Of a stretch of DNA of 62,375 nt, positions 48,082 through 57,719 are shown in pieces; the stretch's first letter is position 1; every line of letters starts with the position of its first letter. Under the pieces are notes generated by a model, which did no database searches, was not told where the DNA came from, and worked only from the letters and a program-made list of their open reading frames with translations. The translations under genes and the position numbers were made by a program. Source of the DNA: an uncultured Verrucomicrobiota bacterium (GTDB lineage Bacteria > Verrucomicrobiota > Verrucomicrobiia > Chthoniobacterales > SZAS-18); assembly GCA_964658285.1 (NCBI GenBank), contig CAZZYS010000002.1, positions 1 to 62,375 on the forward strand, given 5' to 3'.

Positions 48082-49515
48082 ATGGAACCTGACAATACAG
48101 TATTCGCGATCCCGACTTATCGGCTGCGGGACGTGGCAGAAGCCATCGAAGCATACGACACGAATTTCTGGCGCAACGGTCATGCGGTGAAGCTGATGGT
48201 GTTCGATGACTCCAGCGTCGCCAACCATGAGAAATACTTTCGCTCGCTGGAATCTACCCGGACCGTCAACGAGCTGTACTATGTCGGGCCAAGAGAAAAA
48301 GAAGAGTTTCTCGGGTTGCTCAATCGCAAGCTGCGCGACAAGAAATTGGAGTCACTGGTCAAGAACCTCTTTCGTCCAAGTTACGGCGGCAACCGCAACT
48401 GCACGCTGATGTGGACCCTGGGCAGATTCCTTATCAGCTCGGACGATGACATGCGTCCCGAAGCCCTGATCGAGGACAGCCCCGAATCCCTCGGCGACGA
48501 CGAAATCTGCCGGGGCACGCTCTACCGTGCGGGCGAGAGGAAAGGGTATACGCGGAAGTCGTTTGACCTGCTCGAAGCCTTCGATGACGTGCTCGGGCGC
48601 AAACTCAGCCAGGTCCCGGCCAGCTATGAGAAAGGCGACTTCCTCGTGGATACCTCGATGGACTTGGAAACGAACACGACGCGCGAATTCACCCGCGAAA
48701 ATTCGCTCATGCTCCAGCGTGGCAAATTGATGCGCGACGCACAGATCAAGATTGCCCAAACCTTCCGCACCGGCACGAACGACATCGACGCGCTTGATTA
48801 CGTTTCCATGTTCCTGGACAACGCCGGGCAGATCGATCCACAGGAACTCAACGACCGCTATGTGCTGGTCAACTTCCGGCCGGTCGTCACCAACAAGAAT
48901 TGGCGCATCGACTGCGGGGTGGCCGGATACGACAACCGTCTGGGACTACCACCATTCTTCCCGACCCGGCTGCGTTTCGAGGATTACATCTATCGCTTGT
49001 GGATTCAGCAGGCCGGGTTGGCCAGCGCGCACGTGGATGCCGCGCAGAACCACACGAAGAACAACTACATGCGAAACCCGCTGGCGACGGAGGTTTTCAA
49101 CGAGGAATTGTGCAGCCTGCTCAAGAAGAAAATCAAGGACAGTGTCTACCAGCGCGACGATCTGTTCATCAAGTTCCATTACCAGGGCGAGGTGACCCTC
49201 CAGGACTCGGAAGAAATCCTTGCCCGGATCGCCGCCGTCCACGCACAGGTGCTCGTGGCCGTGCCGGCCGCCCAGGGGGAAGAACGACGGCAGGCGCTGC
49301 AACTCTTCGCGGACAGTTTGTCCAAGGCGTTCTACGGCTTCGAGCCGGACTTCTTTCAGCAGAACGTCAGCCGCATCGTGGACGATGTGGTCAGTCAGAT
49401 TCATGCGTCGCTGGAAATTTGGCCGACACTCGTGGAGATTTGTTATTACTATAAAGACAAGAAGCCGTTGCCTCAGACCAGGGTGAAAAATAAACGGTTG
49501 GAAGCACACCGCTGA
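48082..49515 (+). CDS. GT-A (glycosyltransferase family 2-like) fold protein
   Basis: VFAIPTYR, LMVFDDS, SYGGNRN, LISSDDD, RFEDY match GT-A nucleotide-sugar-binding motifs in order. Confidence 0.7.
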   Translation: MEPDNTVFAIPTYRLRDVAEAIEAYDTNFWRNGHAVKLMVFDDSSVANHEKYFRSLESTRTVNELYYVGPREKEEFLGLLNRKLRDKKLESLVKNLFRPSYGGNRNCTLMWTLGRFLISSDDDMRPEALIEDSPESLGDDEICRGTLYRAGERKGYTRKSFDLLEAFDDVLGRKLSQVPASYEKGDFLVDTSMDLETNTTREFTRENSLMLQRGKLMRDAQIKIAQTFRTGTNDIDALDYVSMFLDNAGQIDPQELNDRYVLVNFRPVVTNKNWRIDCGVAGYDNRLGLPPFFPTRLRFEDYIYRLWIQQAGLASAHVDAAQNHTKNNYMRNPLATEVFNEELCSLLKKKIKDSVYQRDDLFIKFHYQGEVTLQDSEEILARIAAVHAQVLVAVPAAQGEERRQALQLFADSLSKAFYGFEPDFFQQNVSRIVDDVVSQIHASLEIWPTLVEICYYYKDKKPLPQTRVKNKRLEAHR

Positions 49516-49531
49516 ATCATCCAGCAGACCA

Positions 49532-50683
49532 ATGACCCCGGACCTGGCGAATAACTTCGGCGAACCCGCCCGGCGCAGGGCGGAAGACTTCCTCGCGCTG
49601 ATCCACCAGCAGAAGCAGGGCAAACTCAAAATCTACCTGGGCGCGTGCGCTGGCGTCGGCAAAACCTTCCAAATGCTCACGGAGGGCAACCGGCTCAAAA
49701 AGCGGGGCCTGGACGTGGTGATCGGTTACGTCGAACCGCACGCGCGTCCGGAGACCACGGCGCAGATCGGCGAACTGGAAATCGTGCCGCCCATTGTCAC
49801 GCAATACAAAGGGGTCGAACTACGCGAAATGGACACCGCAGCCGTCATCGCGCGTGCTCCCACCGTCGCTCTGGTGGATGAACTCGCCCACACCAACGCG
49901 CCGGGAAGCAAGACCAAGAAGCGGTACGAGGACGTGGAGGATTTGCTCGCGGCGGGCATCAGCGTCATCAGCACGCTCAACATCCAACACCTCGAAAGCC
50001 TCTACAACGTGGTGGAAGGGGCCACGGGCGTGCGGGTGAAAGAACGCATCCCCGACGAGTTCCTGACGCGCGCGGACCAGATCGTCAACATCGACCTGCC
50101 GGCGGAAGACCTCATCGAGCGTTTACAATCGGGCAAGATTTACGCGCCGGACCGGGTGGCGCAGGCGCTCACGAATTTCTTTACCCCGCAGAACCTGACC
50201 CGTTTGCGGGAAATGGCCTTGAGCGAAAGCGCCAACTTCCTTGACCGCCGCCAGCGGGCCGAGGAATCGTCCGAGCAGGAACACGTTCCCGGCGGCGTCG
50301 GACAGGTGGCCGTCGCCCTGAGCAGCGGCGGACCCGATCCGGGGGCGATCCTGCGCAAGACCGCACGCCTGGCCTCGCAACTCAACGCCCCCTGGTACGC
50401 CGTCTACGTGCGCACCCCCGGCGAGGCGCCCCAGGTCATCACCGCCGAGGTCCAGCGCGCCATCGGCGAGGCCCTGGAAACCGCCCAGCGCATGGGAGGG
50501 ATGGTCATCGTGCTCAAGCGTGAGAAAGTGGCTGAGGCGCTCATCGACTTCGCGCGGGAGTACGGGGTGACTCACTTCGTGGTCGGACGGCCCGGCGAAC
50601 GCCCTCTCTGGCGGCGCTGGCGGCCCTCCCTCCACGAGCGGCTTTTGCAGGACCTCAAAAGCGTCGATCTGGTGGTGGTTTAG
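49532..50683 (+). CDS. kdpD: KdpD N-terminal sensor domain + Usp domain (no TM or kinase)
   Basis: GKLKIYLGACAGVGKT, LVDELAHTN, TLNIQHLESL, LREMAL, then a Usp-like domain; ends at 383 aa. Confidence 0.9.
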   Translation: MTPDLANNFGEPARRRAEDFLALIHQQKQGKLKIYLGACAGVGKTFQMLTEGNRLKKRGLDVVIGYVEPHARPETTAQIGELEIVPPIVTQYKGVELREMDTAAVIARAPTVALVDELAHTNAPGSKTKKRYEDVEDLLAAGISVISTLNIQHLESLYNVVEGATGVRVKERIPDEFLTRADQIVNIDLPAEDLIERLQSGKIYAPDRVAQALTNFFTPQNLTRLREMALSESANFLDRRQRAEESSEQEHVPGGVGQVAVALSSGGPDPGAILRKTARLASQLNAPWYAVYVRTPGEAPQVITAEVQRAIGEALETAQRMGGMVIVLKREKVAEALIDFAREYGVTHFVVGRPGERPLWRRWRPSLHERLLQDLKSVDLVVV

Positions 50684-50707
50684 CCGTCGCGAGGCTGTTT
50701 GGGCGTG

Positions 50708-53032
50708 TTAACCCCGGTTGTCCTTGCCGTCCTTCGGAGCAGGCTTGATTTCCTTCGTTGCCGGCTGCGGGCCGAAGTCGATAGTAATGCCCCCGTAAAC
50801 GCCCCGGCGCTGTCCGAACTGCGGCGCGCCCACGCCGATCCCCGAGCCGTCGCGCAGTTCGTAGACGCGGTCGGTCAGGTTCACGAGGTCGAGGCGCGCT
50901 TTGGCCGCGCCGAACCACGGCACGTGGAAGCTCTGCTCCAACCCGAGGTTGAACGTGTAGTACATCGGCAACCGGCCCCGGTTGGCGAACCCATCGCGCA
51001 GGCCGCTGCCGTAGAGCATGTCCGCGTAGGCGCGGGTCCCCGAAGGCTTGTAAAGGTACGAAGCCCCCGCCGAGATCGTCGCGGTCTGGTCGTGATCGAG
51101 AAACACTTTGTGGCCGTTGATGTAGGCGAGTTCGTCCGTCCCGAAAAGGAACTGCGAGGAATCGATCTTTTTGCCCTTGGCCACCGAGTACGCCGCGTTG
51201 GCGTACAGCTCCAACCCGCCTTTGACGTAGGTTGCCGTGCCCTCAATGCCGTACACGTCGCCGTAGCGGTAGTTAAACGGGCTTTCGATGATCGCCGTGC
51301 CGAACTGACCCTCGTCGATCTGCTGCACCGCGTGTTTATAATAACCGTCCAAGCCGAACTGGAGCGAGCCGAAAAGCGTCTGCGTCGCGCCCGCGTCGAA
51401 ATAATTAGCGCGTTCGCTCTTGTCGGGAGCATTGCGGGTGATTTCCGCGGCGTTCGTCGTGTTTTGCGCCTGGTTGATCCCGGTGGCCTGCACGACCTCC
51501 AGCGGCGGCGGGGTGAAGTAGCGCGAGTACCCGGCGTGAAAAACCGTGTTGGGGGAGAGTTGGTAAACCAGGTTGACGCGCGGGCTGGCCTGGCCCTCAT
51601 GGACGTACTCGGCCACGCGGTCGTAGCGCACGCCGTAGTTGATCGTGAGCGGCGCGAACACCCTCCATTCGTCCTGGAGATAGACGCCGTAGATTTCGCC
51701 CGTCTTGTATTGGTTGAGCAGCAGGCGCTCGGGCACGTTGCTGGCCTGGAGACCGTTGGCGTCGGTGGCGAACACGGTGGTCGCCGACTGGCTGCTGGCA
51801 TGTTGCACGAGCAGCACGTACCCGCCGCGCAACGTGTGGTTGTCGTTGAGTCGATAGCTCGCGTCAAGTTCCGCGCCGCCGGTCAGCGTGTAACGGTCCT
51901 CGCGGCTGGCCACGCCGTTGAAAATCAGGTCGCCCACGTCGTCGGGACGAAAGAGGATGGAGCTGTCCCGAATGAAGATCGATTGCTGGAAATCGAGCTT
52001 TCCCGCCGATTTCTGGTAGGCCAGCACCGCATAATAGTTTTGCTCGTTCTGGTTTTCGTCGAGGTGCGTGGAGGAGAACTGGCCGAGGCCAAAAGGTTGG
52101 TCGGCCGTGACGCTGCCGGGCACACTGGGCACGCCTGCCAGGCCGAACGCGGGGTCCTGGCCTGGGTTGTTGGGAATCTGGAAATTCGCTTCGTAGGCGC
52201 TCAGGATCAGGCTAACCCGGCTGGTCTTGTCAACGACGTACTGCATGTAGCCGAAGCCGTGGTACTGCTCGGTGTGGTCGTGGATGGGGTAGTCCTTGCC
52301 ATCGGGGCTTTCGATGCCGATGCCGTTTTCCAGGAAGTCGCCCGTGAAGAAATAACTGAAGTGGCCGGTCGTGCCTGCCAACTCAGCCGAGGGGCGGTAC
52401 GTGTTGTCGCTGCCGCCGTAGAAGCCGATCTCGTCGCCGTTGTTGAACGCGCCGCTCTTGGTGTGGATGTCGATGATGCCGGCCGTGCGGATGCCGTACT
52501 GTGCGGGGAGCGAACCGGTGATGACCTGCAAGCTATCGACGAAGCGGGTGTCGAGTTCCTGGCCGAACCCGGCGATGCCTTCGGGCAGGAGCACATCGTT
52601 GATGCGGAACTGCAAGTTGGCGTGTTCGCCGCGGACGTGGAGCTGGCCGTAGGAGTCCTGCGCGAAACCGGGCACGCGCAGCAGCGTCTGGTTGAACGAG
52701 GCGTCCGCGCCCTGTGACTGGTTGGCGATCTGGTTCTGGCTCAGGCCGTAGCTGGTCGCGCCGAGATTGGGCACGATGTCGTTGCGCTTTTCGTCGAGGG
52801 AGCCGATGACCGTCACCCGGTCCGCCGGATCGCTGACATCGAGGAGGTTGGTGTGGTCGGGGTTCGCGTCGAGGCTAGTTTGTCCCTCGGGGGTCGTCTG
52901 GTTGTGCGTGGCAGCCGGGTTGGTGCCCGTGCCGACATCGCGGCCCTGGGCGGGGAGCCGCAACGGAGCCAGCACGGAGAGTGAGCTGGCCAGGCCCAGC
53001 GCGACGATCAGGACGGCCGCAGGTCGTTTCAT
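50708..53032 (-). CDS. TonB-dependent receptor
   Basis: Signal peptide, plug (PG..QDSYGQLHVRG..., YG..TAGIIDI.TK), YLQDEW, GVRYD, SPR, NLTDR.Y. Confidence 0.9.
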   Translation of the reverse strand: MKRPAAVLIVALGLASSLSVLAPLRLPAQGRDVGTGTNPAATHNQTTPEGQTSLDANPDHTNLLDVSDPADRVTVIGSLDEKRNDIVPNLGATSYGLSQNQIANQSQGADASFNQTLLRVPGFAQDSYGQLHVRGEHANLQFRINDVLLPEGIAGFGQELDTRFVDSLQVITGSLPAQYGIRTAGIIDIHTKSGAFNNGDEIGFYGGSDNTYRPSAELAGTTGHFSYFFTGDFLENGIGIESPDGKDYPIHDHTEQYHGFGYMQYVVDKTSRVSLILSAYEANFQIPNNPGQDPAFGLAGVPSVPGSVTADQPFGLGQFSSTHLDENQNEQNYYAVLAYQKSAGKLDFQQSIFIRDSSILFRPDDVGDLIFNGVASREDRYTLTGGAELDASYRLNDNHTLRGGYVLLVQHASSQSATTVFATDANGLQASNVPERLLLNQYKTGEIYGVYLQDEWRVFAPLTINYGVRYDRVAEYVHEGQASPRVNLVYQLSPNTVFHAGYSRYFTPPPLEVVQATGINQAQNTTNAAEITRNAPDKSERANYFDAGATQTLFGSLQFGLDGYYKHAVQQIDEGQFGTAIIESPFNYRYGDVYGIEGTATYVKGGLELYANAAYSVAKGKKIDSSQFLFGTDELAYINGHKVFLDHDQTATISAGASYLYKPSGTRAYADMLYGSGLRDGFANRGRLPMYYTFNLGLEQSFHVPWFGAAKARLDLVNLTDRVYELRDGSGIGVGAPQFGQRRGVYGGITIDFGPQPATKEIKPAPKDGKDNRG

Positions 53033-53050
53033 AGACCCGACCCTTAACCT

Positions 53051-53073
53051 TTATTGCAATCTACATGCAATAA
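53051..53073. promoter_or_regulatory. putative Zur/Fur-family operator
   Basis: Perfect palindrome TTATTGCA-N7-TGCAATAA, 19 bp upstream of the TonB receptor start. Confidence 0.75.
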
Positions 53074-53155
53074 TTATTTTCGTTTATTGCGGCTTGTTTC
53101 GTTGAACTGGCGTGAGTTTGCCTCCAGAATCGAAGGCAAATTGATTGGAATCGTC

Positions 53156-54139
53156 CTAATTTGCCTGTTCTGTTTCTTGCAAACGTTCTGCGTCTAGCGG
53201 AGAAGGCTGTTGCGGGTTCGTCGGTTCGACTGGGGGAGGCTGCTGCCAGCGGGCGAGGGATTCGCCGTGCCGGTGGCCGGGGCGCAGGTAGCGCGCGAGC
53301 ACGCCGTAGCGCGGACCGAAGATCAGCGCGGCGACAAACGCCAGACCCAGCACCAACACGATGGCCGGTCCGCTCGGGATATCCGTCCAATAGGACAGCA
53401 GCAAGCCCAGGCAAGCGCCGCTCGCCCCCAGCAGGCCGCCGTACCAACTCAAGGCCCGATAACTATCGCTGAGCAGGTAGACCGTCGCCGCCGGCAGCAC
53501 GAGCAGACCCACCGAGAGAACGACGCCGACGGCCTGCAAGCTGGCGATCATGGCCAGGACGATCAGTGTGATGAGCAAGTAATTGAGCCGCGCCACTGGC
53601 ACGCCGAGGCTCGCTGCCACGGACGGCTCGAAAAGCGCCAGCAAAAGCGGCCGTTGCAGACTGACCAGGCTGATGGCCGAGAGAGCGCCAACCGCGTAGA
53701 TAATCCACAGATCGCTGTTGGAAACCCCCAGGATGTTGCCGAAGAGAAAGTGCGTCAGGTCCACCGGCACGCTGCTGTACTTGAGCAGGATGATGCCCAC
53801 GGCGAACGACACCGTGTAGAGCGCGCCAATCGCTGTCTCGTCCTTGAGGCGCGAACTCCGCGCGACCAACTGCCCACCGATACCGACCAGCAGCGCGGCC
53901 ACCACCGCGCCGCTGAATAATCCCAGCGGGGCCAGCCCGAAGAAAATCGCCCCGACGGCGAGTCCCGGCAGCAGGGAGTGCGAAAGCGCGTCCGCCAACA
54001 ACGCTAACCGCCGCAGCACGATGAATGCGCTCAGAAATCCGTTTGTGAAACCCACCAGCACGCAGCCCACCAGCGCGCGCTGCATGAACTCATAGTGGAA
54101 CGGCTCGGTGAGCCAGCGGAACGCGGCGAGATGGTTCAT
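53156..54139 (-). CDS. znuB: Zn/Mn ABC transporter permease
   Basis: DALSH..LPG, LFGNILG, FEP..A..LGV, VG..L...LL..PAA, PSGPAIV. Confidence 0.9.
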   Translation of the reverse strand: MNHLAAFRWLTEPFHYEFMQRALVGCVLVGFTNGFLSAFIVLRRLALLADALSHSLLPGLAVGAIFFGLAPLGLFSGAVVAALLVGIGGQLVARSSRLKDETAIGALYTVSFAVGIILLKYSSVPVDLTHFLFGNILGVSNSDLWIIYAVGALSAISLVSLQRPLLLALFEPSVAASLGVPVARLNYLLITLIVLAMIASLQAVGVVLSVGLLVLPAATVYLLSDSYRALSWYGGLLGASGACLGLLLSYWTDIPSGPAIVLVLGLAFVAALIFGPRYGVLARYLRPGHRHGESLARWQQPPPVEPTNPQQPSPLDAERLQETEQAN

Positions 54140-54900
54140 GACGCGACGGGAGCGGGAGCGGCGGCGGCCCCGGTGAAAATCTCGGTGCCGTAGGTGCGCG
54201 CAATGTTCTCCGGCGTGAACGTCTCCTTCACCGGACCGAAGGCCACCAACTCGCCGTTGAGGAAAATCACGTCGTCAAAAAGCAGGTCCACGGTCCGCAG
54301 GTCGTGGTGGCTGACGACGACGAGTTTCCCCTCCCGCTCGGCTAGCGCGCGCAGCAGGTCGCACAAAAGCGCCTGGGCGTTGCGGTCCAACCCTGTGAAG
54401 GGTTCATCGAGCAGGTAAACGTGCGCGCCCTGCGCCACCGCCCGCGCCAGGAAGGCGCGCTGTTGCTGCCCGCCCGAGAGCGCGCTGATCTGGCGGTCGG
54501 CGAGGTCTTCCAGACGCGTGGCGGCCAGGGCCAGTGCCACCGCCCGGTGGTCCGCCGGACCGAAACTTTTCCAGGGACCCAGCGCCGGGTAACGGCCCAT
54601 CTCGGCCAGCCCGCGCACCGTCAGGGGAAAATCCCAGTCCACCAGACTGCGCTGCGGCAGGTAGGCGATGGAGCTTTCCGCGCGGGTGTGGCCGTGGTCG
54701 TGCGCGTCGAACTGGACGCGGCCCGTCTCGACGGGAGTCAAGCCGACGATGCTCTTGAGCAGCGTGGATTTGCCCGCGCCGTTGGGTCCCAGCAGTCCCA
54801 CGCAACGGCCGCACTGGAGGCTCAGGTTGATGTGGTGCAGCGCGGGCACGCCGCGGTAGGAAACCGTCAGGTCATTGATGAGCAGGCGATGGTTGGACAT
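54136..54900 (-). CDS. znuC: Zn/Mn ABC transporter ATP-binding protein
   Basis: ATG 54900; GPNGAGKST, YLPQR..VDWDFP, LSGGQQQR, LLDEP, HHDL. Confidence 0.92.
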   Translation of the reverse strand: MSNHRLLINDLTVSYRGVPALHHINLSLQCGRCVGLLGPNGAGKSTLLKSIVGLTPVETGRVQFDAHDHGHTRAESSIAYLPQRSLVDWDFPLTVRGLAEMGRYPALGPWKSFGPADHRAVALALAATRLEDLADRQISALSGGQQQRAFLARAVAQGAHVYLLDEPFTGLDRNAQALLCDLLRALAEREGKLVVVSHHDLRTVDLLFDDVIFLNGELVAFGPVKETFTPENIARTYGTEIFTGAAAAPAPVAS

Positions 54901-54911
54901 GGCGGGTAGCG

Positions 54912-55409
54912 TCAAGGCGTGTCCGACGGCGGCGTGGTTCCCGGCAACGTGAGCACGTCCGTGAGCGCACCGTTCGCGTCGGCCCAGAACGATTTCTCCA
55001 CGCGTCGGCCATCGGGGAAACGGACCGTGACTTTCGCCGCCGCCGGCCCGGGCCCGACGTTCGAGCCTGCCAGCAGCGGCCAATGGGCCTGCACCACGAG
55101 GTCCACCCCGTCCGGCGGGACGCTCCCCGCCCAGCGTGTCGTGAACCGGGCGTCGGGGCCGCGTCCGGCCAGCACCATCTGGTCGAGGTTCTTGATCTGG
55201 AAGTCCGTAGGCGCGGGCGCGAACACCACTTCCACGTCGAGCGGCACCGCTTGCGTCGTCGCACCAGGGGTGGGTTTGACCGATGGCGTGTTCAACGCCA
55301 CCGAGGCTGCGTCCGCGACCGCGGGGCGGGTCAGTCGATACACCGGCACGCCCGCCAGCGCGACGGCGAAGATGACCAGGATCGATTGCAGCAAGGGAAA
55401 ACCGCGCAC
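54912..55409 (-). CDS. hypothetical membrane-anchored protein
   Basis: N-terminal TM, Pro/Thr linker, beta-rich domain; lies within the znu gene run. Confidence 0.65.
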   Translation of the reverse strand: MRGFPLLQSILVIFAVALAGVPVYRLTRPAVADAASVALNTPSVKPTPGATTQAVPLDVEVVFAPAPTDFQIKNLDQMVLAGRGPDARFTTRWAGSVPPDGVDLVVQAHWPLLAGSNVGPGPAAAKVTVRFPDGRRVEKSFWADANGALTDVLTLPGTTPPSDTP

Positions 55410-55437
55410 GCGCGAAGAGTCAGCCAGTCGCCGTTAC

Positions 55438-55456
55438 ATTGCAACCGGGGTGCAAT
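55438..55456. promoter_or_regulatory. putative Zur/Fur-family operator (internal)
   Basis: ATTGCA-N7-TGCAAT, same geometry as the 53051 site. Confidence 0.65.
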
Positions 55457-55530
55457 TAGAAAGCGGGCACGAAGTTTTTCGGGCAGGCCGCGGGCGATGT
55501 TTCCTTTCACACCCATTCCAAAAAATGCTT

Positions 55531-56418
55531 CTACTTCAGAGCGTCCACGATGGTGCTGACGTTGTGGTGCATCATGTCGATGTAAGTCGCCGCGTCGCCG
55601 CCGGGGGCTCCGAGACCGTCCGCGTAGAGTTCGCCGCCCACCGTCGCGCCGGTTTCCTTGGTGATCTGCGTGATGACCTTCGGATTTTGCGTGTTCTCGA
55701 AGAACACGGACTTGACCTTCTCCTTTTTGATCGTGCCCAGCAGTTCGGCCACCTTGCGCGTGCTGGGTTCCTCGGCCGTGCTCACACCTTCGATGGGATA
55801 AATTTTGAAGCCGTAGTCGCGCGCGAAATACTGGAAGGCGTCGTGGCTCGTGACGAGCTTGCGCTTGTCGCGTCCCAATTCGGCGACCTTGACCTTGATG
55901 GCCTTGTCCAGCTCGTCGAGCTTGGCCTGGTAGGCGGCGGCATTGGCCGTGAACGCATCCTTGTCGGCGGGGTCCGCGGCGATCAGCGCGTCGCGCACCG
56001 CATCGGTCGCTTTTTGGACGTTGGCGACCGAGTGCCACCAGTGTGGGTCTTCGATCACCTTGTCGTCGTCCTTGAGCTTGAGCGAACTGCCCACTTTGTT
56101 CCCGACGTTGACGAATTTCTTCTTGTCCGTGCCCTCCTCCAGCTTGGCCAGATAACCCTCCATGCCCTTGCCGCTGACGAGCACGATGTCCGCCCCGGCC
56201 ACCAACTCCATGTCGCTGGGACTCGGCTGGAACTCATGCGGATCGACGCCGCCTTTGACGATGTTTTCGACCTGCACCTTGTCGCCGCCGACGTTGGCGG
56301 CCACGTCGCTCAGGACCGTGGAAAGCGACGCCACCTTCAAGGGAGCCGCCGCCGCCGGGCCGACATTGCCGAAACCTGCCAGGAGCAGGGCGAAGAACGT
56401 GGGTGCAAATCGATTCAT
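55531..56418 (-). CDS. znuA: Zn/Mn ABC transporter substrate-binding protein
   Basis: Signal peptide, DPHEFQP, DPHWW, SHDAFQYF, LYADGL. Confidence 0.92.
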   Translation of the reverse strand: MNRFAPTFFALLLAGFGNVGPAAAAPLKVASLSTVLSDVAANVGGDKVQVENIVKGGVDPHEFQPSPSDMELVAGADIVLVSGKGMEGYLAKLEEGTDKKKFVNVGNKVGSSLKLKDDDKVIEDPHWWHSVANVQKATDAVRDALIAADPADKDAFTANAAAYQAKLDELDKAIKVKVAELGRDKRKLVTSHDAFQYFARDYGFKIYPIEGVSTAEEPSTRKVAELLGTIKKEKVKSVFFENTQNPKVITQITKETGATVGGELYADGLGAPGGDAATYIDMMHHNVSTIVDALK

Positions 56419-56447
56419 GGTCCGGCAGCTTAGGCGCACGGGGTTCA

Positions 56448-56499
56448 ATTGCAAGTGATTTGCTTTAGCGTCGGGTCGCCGGTGCAAACGACTCGCAAT
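56448..56499. promoter_or_regulatory. two putative Zur/Fur-family operators in the divergent znuA-zur region
   Basis: ATTGCAAGTGATTTGCTTT (56448-56466) and GGTGCAAACGACTCGCAAT (56481-56499). Confidence 0.6.
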
Positions 56500-56553
56500 G
56501 ATTTGGGCCTTTGTGGTATATTGTCACCGGGAATGTGTTTCCCGTCGCCTCCC

Positions 56554-57051
56554 ATGCCAGATTCTCATCCCACCCATCAACATGCCGCCACCGGTGCCGC
56601 CTCGGAACCTTTCTCGCTGGAAGGTCTCGTGGATTTGTTGCGGCGCAAGGGTCTGCGCATGACCGGCAACCGCCGGGCCATTTTGCAAGTTCTCCTCAAG
56701 GCGCGCGAACCGCTCAGCCTGGAACAAATTCAGGCGGAAGCCCCGCGCTACGTCGAAGGCGGTGACGCCCCCGATTTTGCCACGGTTTTCCGCATGATGG
56801 CGTTGATGGAGGAACTCAAACTTGCCCGCAAGGTGCATCTCGGACGCGCGTCGAGCCATTTTGAACTGACCGACAGCCGCCACCACCGGGACCATCTGGT
56901 TTGCACGGATTGCGGCACGGTCACCCCCTTGGAGGGGCTGTGCCCGGTGGAGAAGATGGAGCGCCAGATTGCCCGCAAGCACGGATTCACGGAACTGACG
57001 CACTCGCTGGAGTTTTTCGGACGGTGCGGCGATTGCAGCGCGGGTTCCTGA
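56554..57051 (+). CDS. zur: Fur-family regulator, probably Zur
   Basis: GLRMT..R..IL, ATVFR, HHRDHLVCTDCG, CGDC; divergent from znuA. Confidence 0.82.
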   Translation: MPDSHPTHQHAATGAASEPFSLEGLVDLLRRKGLRMTGNRRAILQVLLKAREPLSLEQIQAEAPRYVEGGDAPDFATVFRMMALMEELKLARKVHLGRASSHFELTDSRHHRDHLVCTDCGTVTPLEGLCPVEKMERQIARKHGFTELTHSLEFFGRCGDCSAGS

Positions 57052-57100
57052 CTGCTCTCGGAAATCGTGTGAGCAGGTTCTGAACAGGCCGTTGCGGCCG

Positions 57101-57231
57101 GTCGTCCTTGTAAGGTAGGGATGGCTCTCCGAGCCAGTCCCTATTTGGTTTGGACGACTTCCGTGCGCATTGTGCACCTTGCCAGAAAATTAGGGACTGG
57201 CTCGGAGAGCCATCCCTACCTTGTTGACGAC
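57101..57231. repeat. REPIN-like element, second copy
   Basis: 32-bp inverted repeats at 57112-57143 and 57191-57222, identical to the core of the 35045 element; different spacer. Confidence 0.85.
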
Positions 57232-57311
57232 CGCCTGCGGCGGATCTCCCGCACACGTCCTCGAACCACTTCCGTCTTGCGTGTCGCGGTGGGAGACATA
57301 TCCTCGCCAGC

Positions 57312-57719
57312 GTGCTCCGCCGACTCGGCCTCGTTTTCGCGGCGCTCGCTCTCTTCTCGATTGCGGGTGGTCAGTGGGCCGTCCTGCAAACGGTCGCGTG
57401 GGCCGGGATGTTGCACGACTACACGCAACGCAGCGGCAGTTTCACGGTGGCCGTCGAACAGACTTTTGACGGCGAACACCCGTGCGAGCTTTGCAGGGAG
57501 ATCGCTTCCGCCAAAGCCAGGGAGCGCCAGGAAAAACCGGCGGCCCCGGGCGTAAAAGAGAACGCCAAGGTCAAGGCAATGGTGGCACCGGCAACCTCTC
57601 TGCCACCGGGACCTCCGGCCACGCTCCTGGCCTGGACACGTGCAGCCGTGCCGTCCGGTCCCGGCCGCACCGAGCAACCGCCGACCCCGCCGCCTCGATG
57701 CGGGGCAAACGCGGCCTAA
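57312..57719 (+). CDS. DUF2946-like protein (CxxC, C-terminal Pro-rich motif)
   Basis: N-terminal hydrophobic segment, HPCELC, PPTPPPR near the end; upstream of metal-handling genes. Confidence 0.7.
   Translation: MLRRLGLVFAALALFSIAGGQWAVLQTVAWAGMLHDYTQRSGSFTVAVEQTFDGEHPCELCREIASAKARERQEKPAAPGVKENAKVKAMVAPATSLPPGPPATLLAWTRAAVPSGPGRTEQPPTPPPRCGANAA

Noticed and set aside
35045-57231. Composite transposon bounded by the two REPIN-like elements
   Set aside because: No transposase or target duplication, and the enclosed genes have host-like composition.
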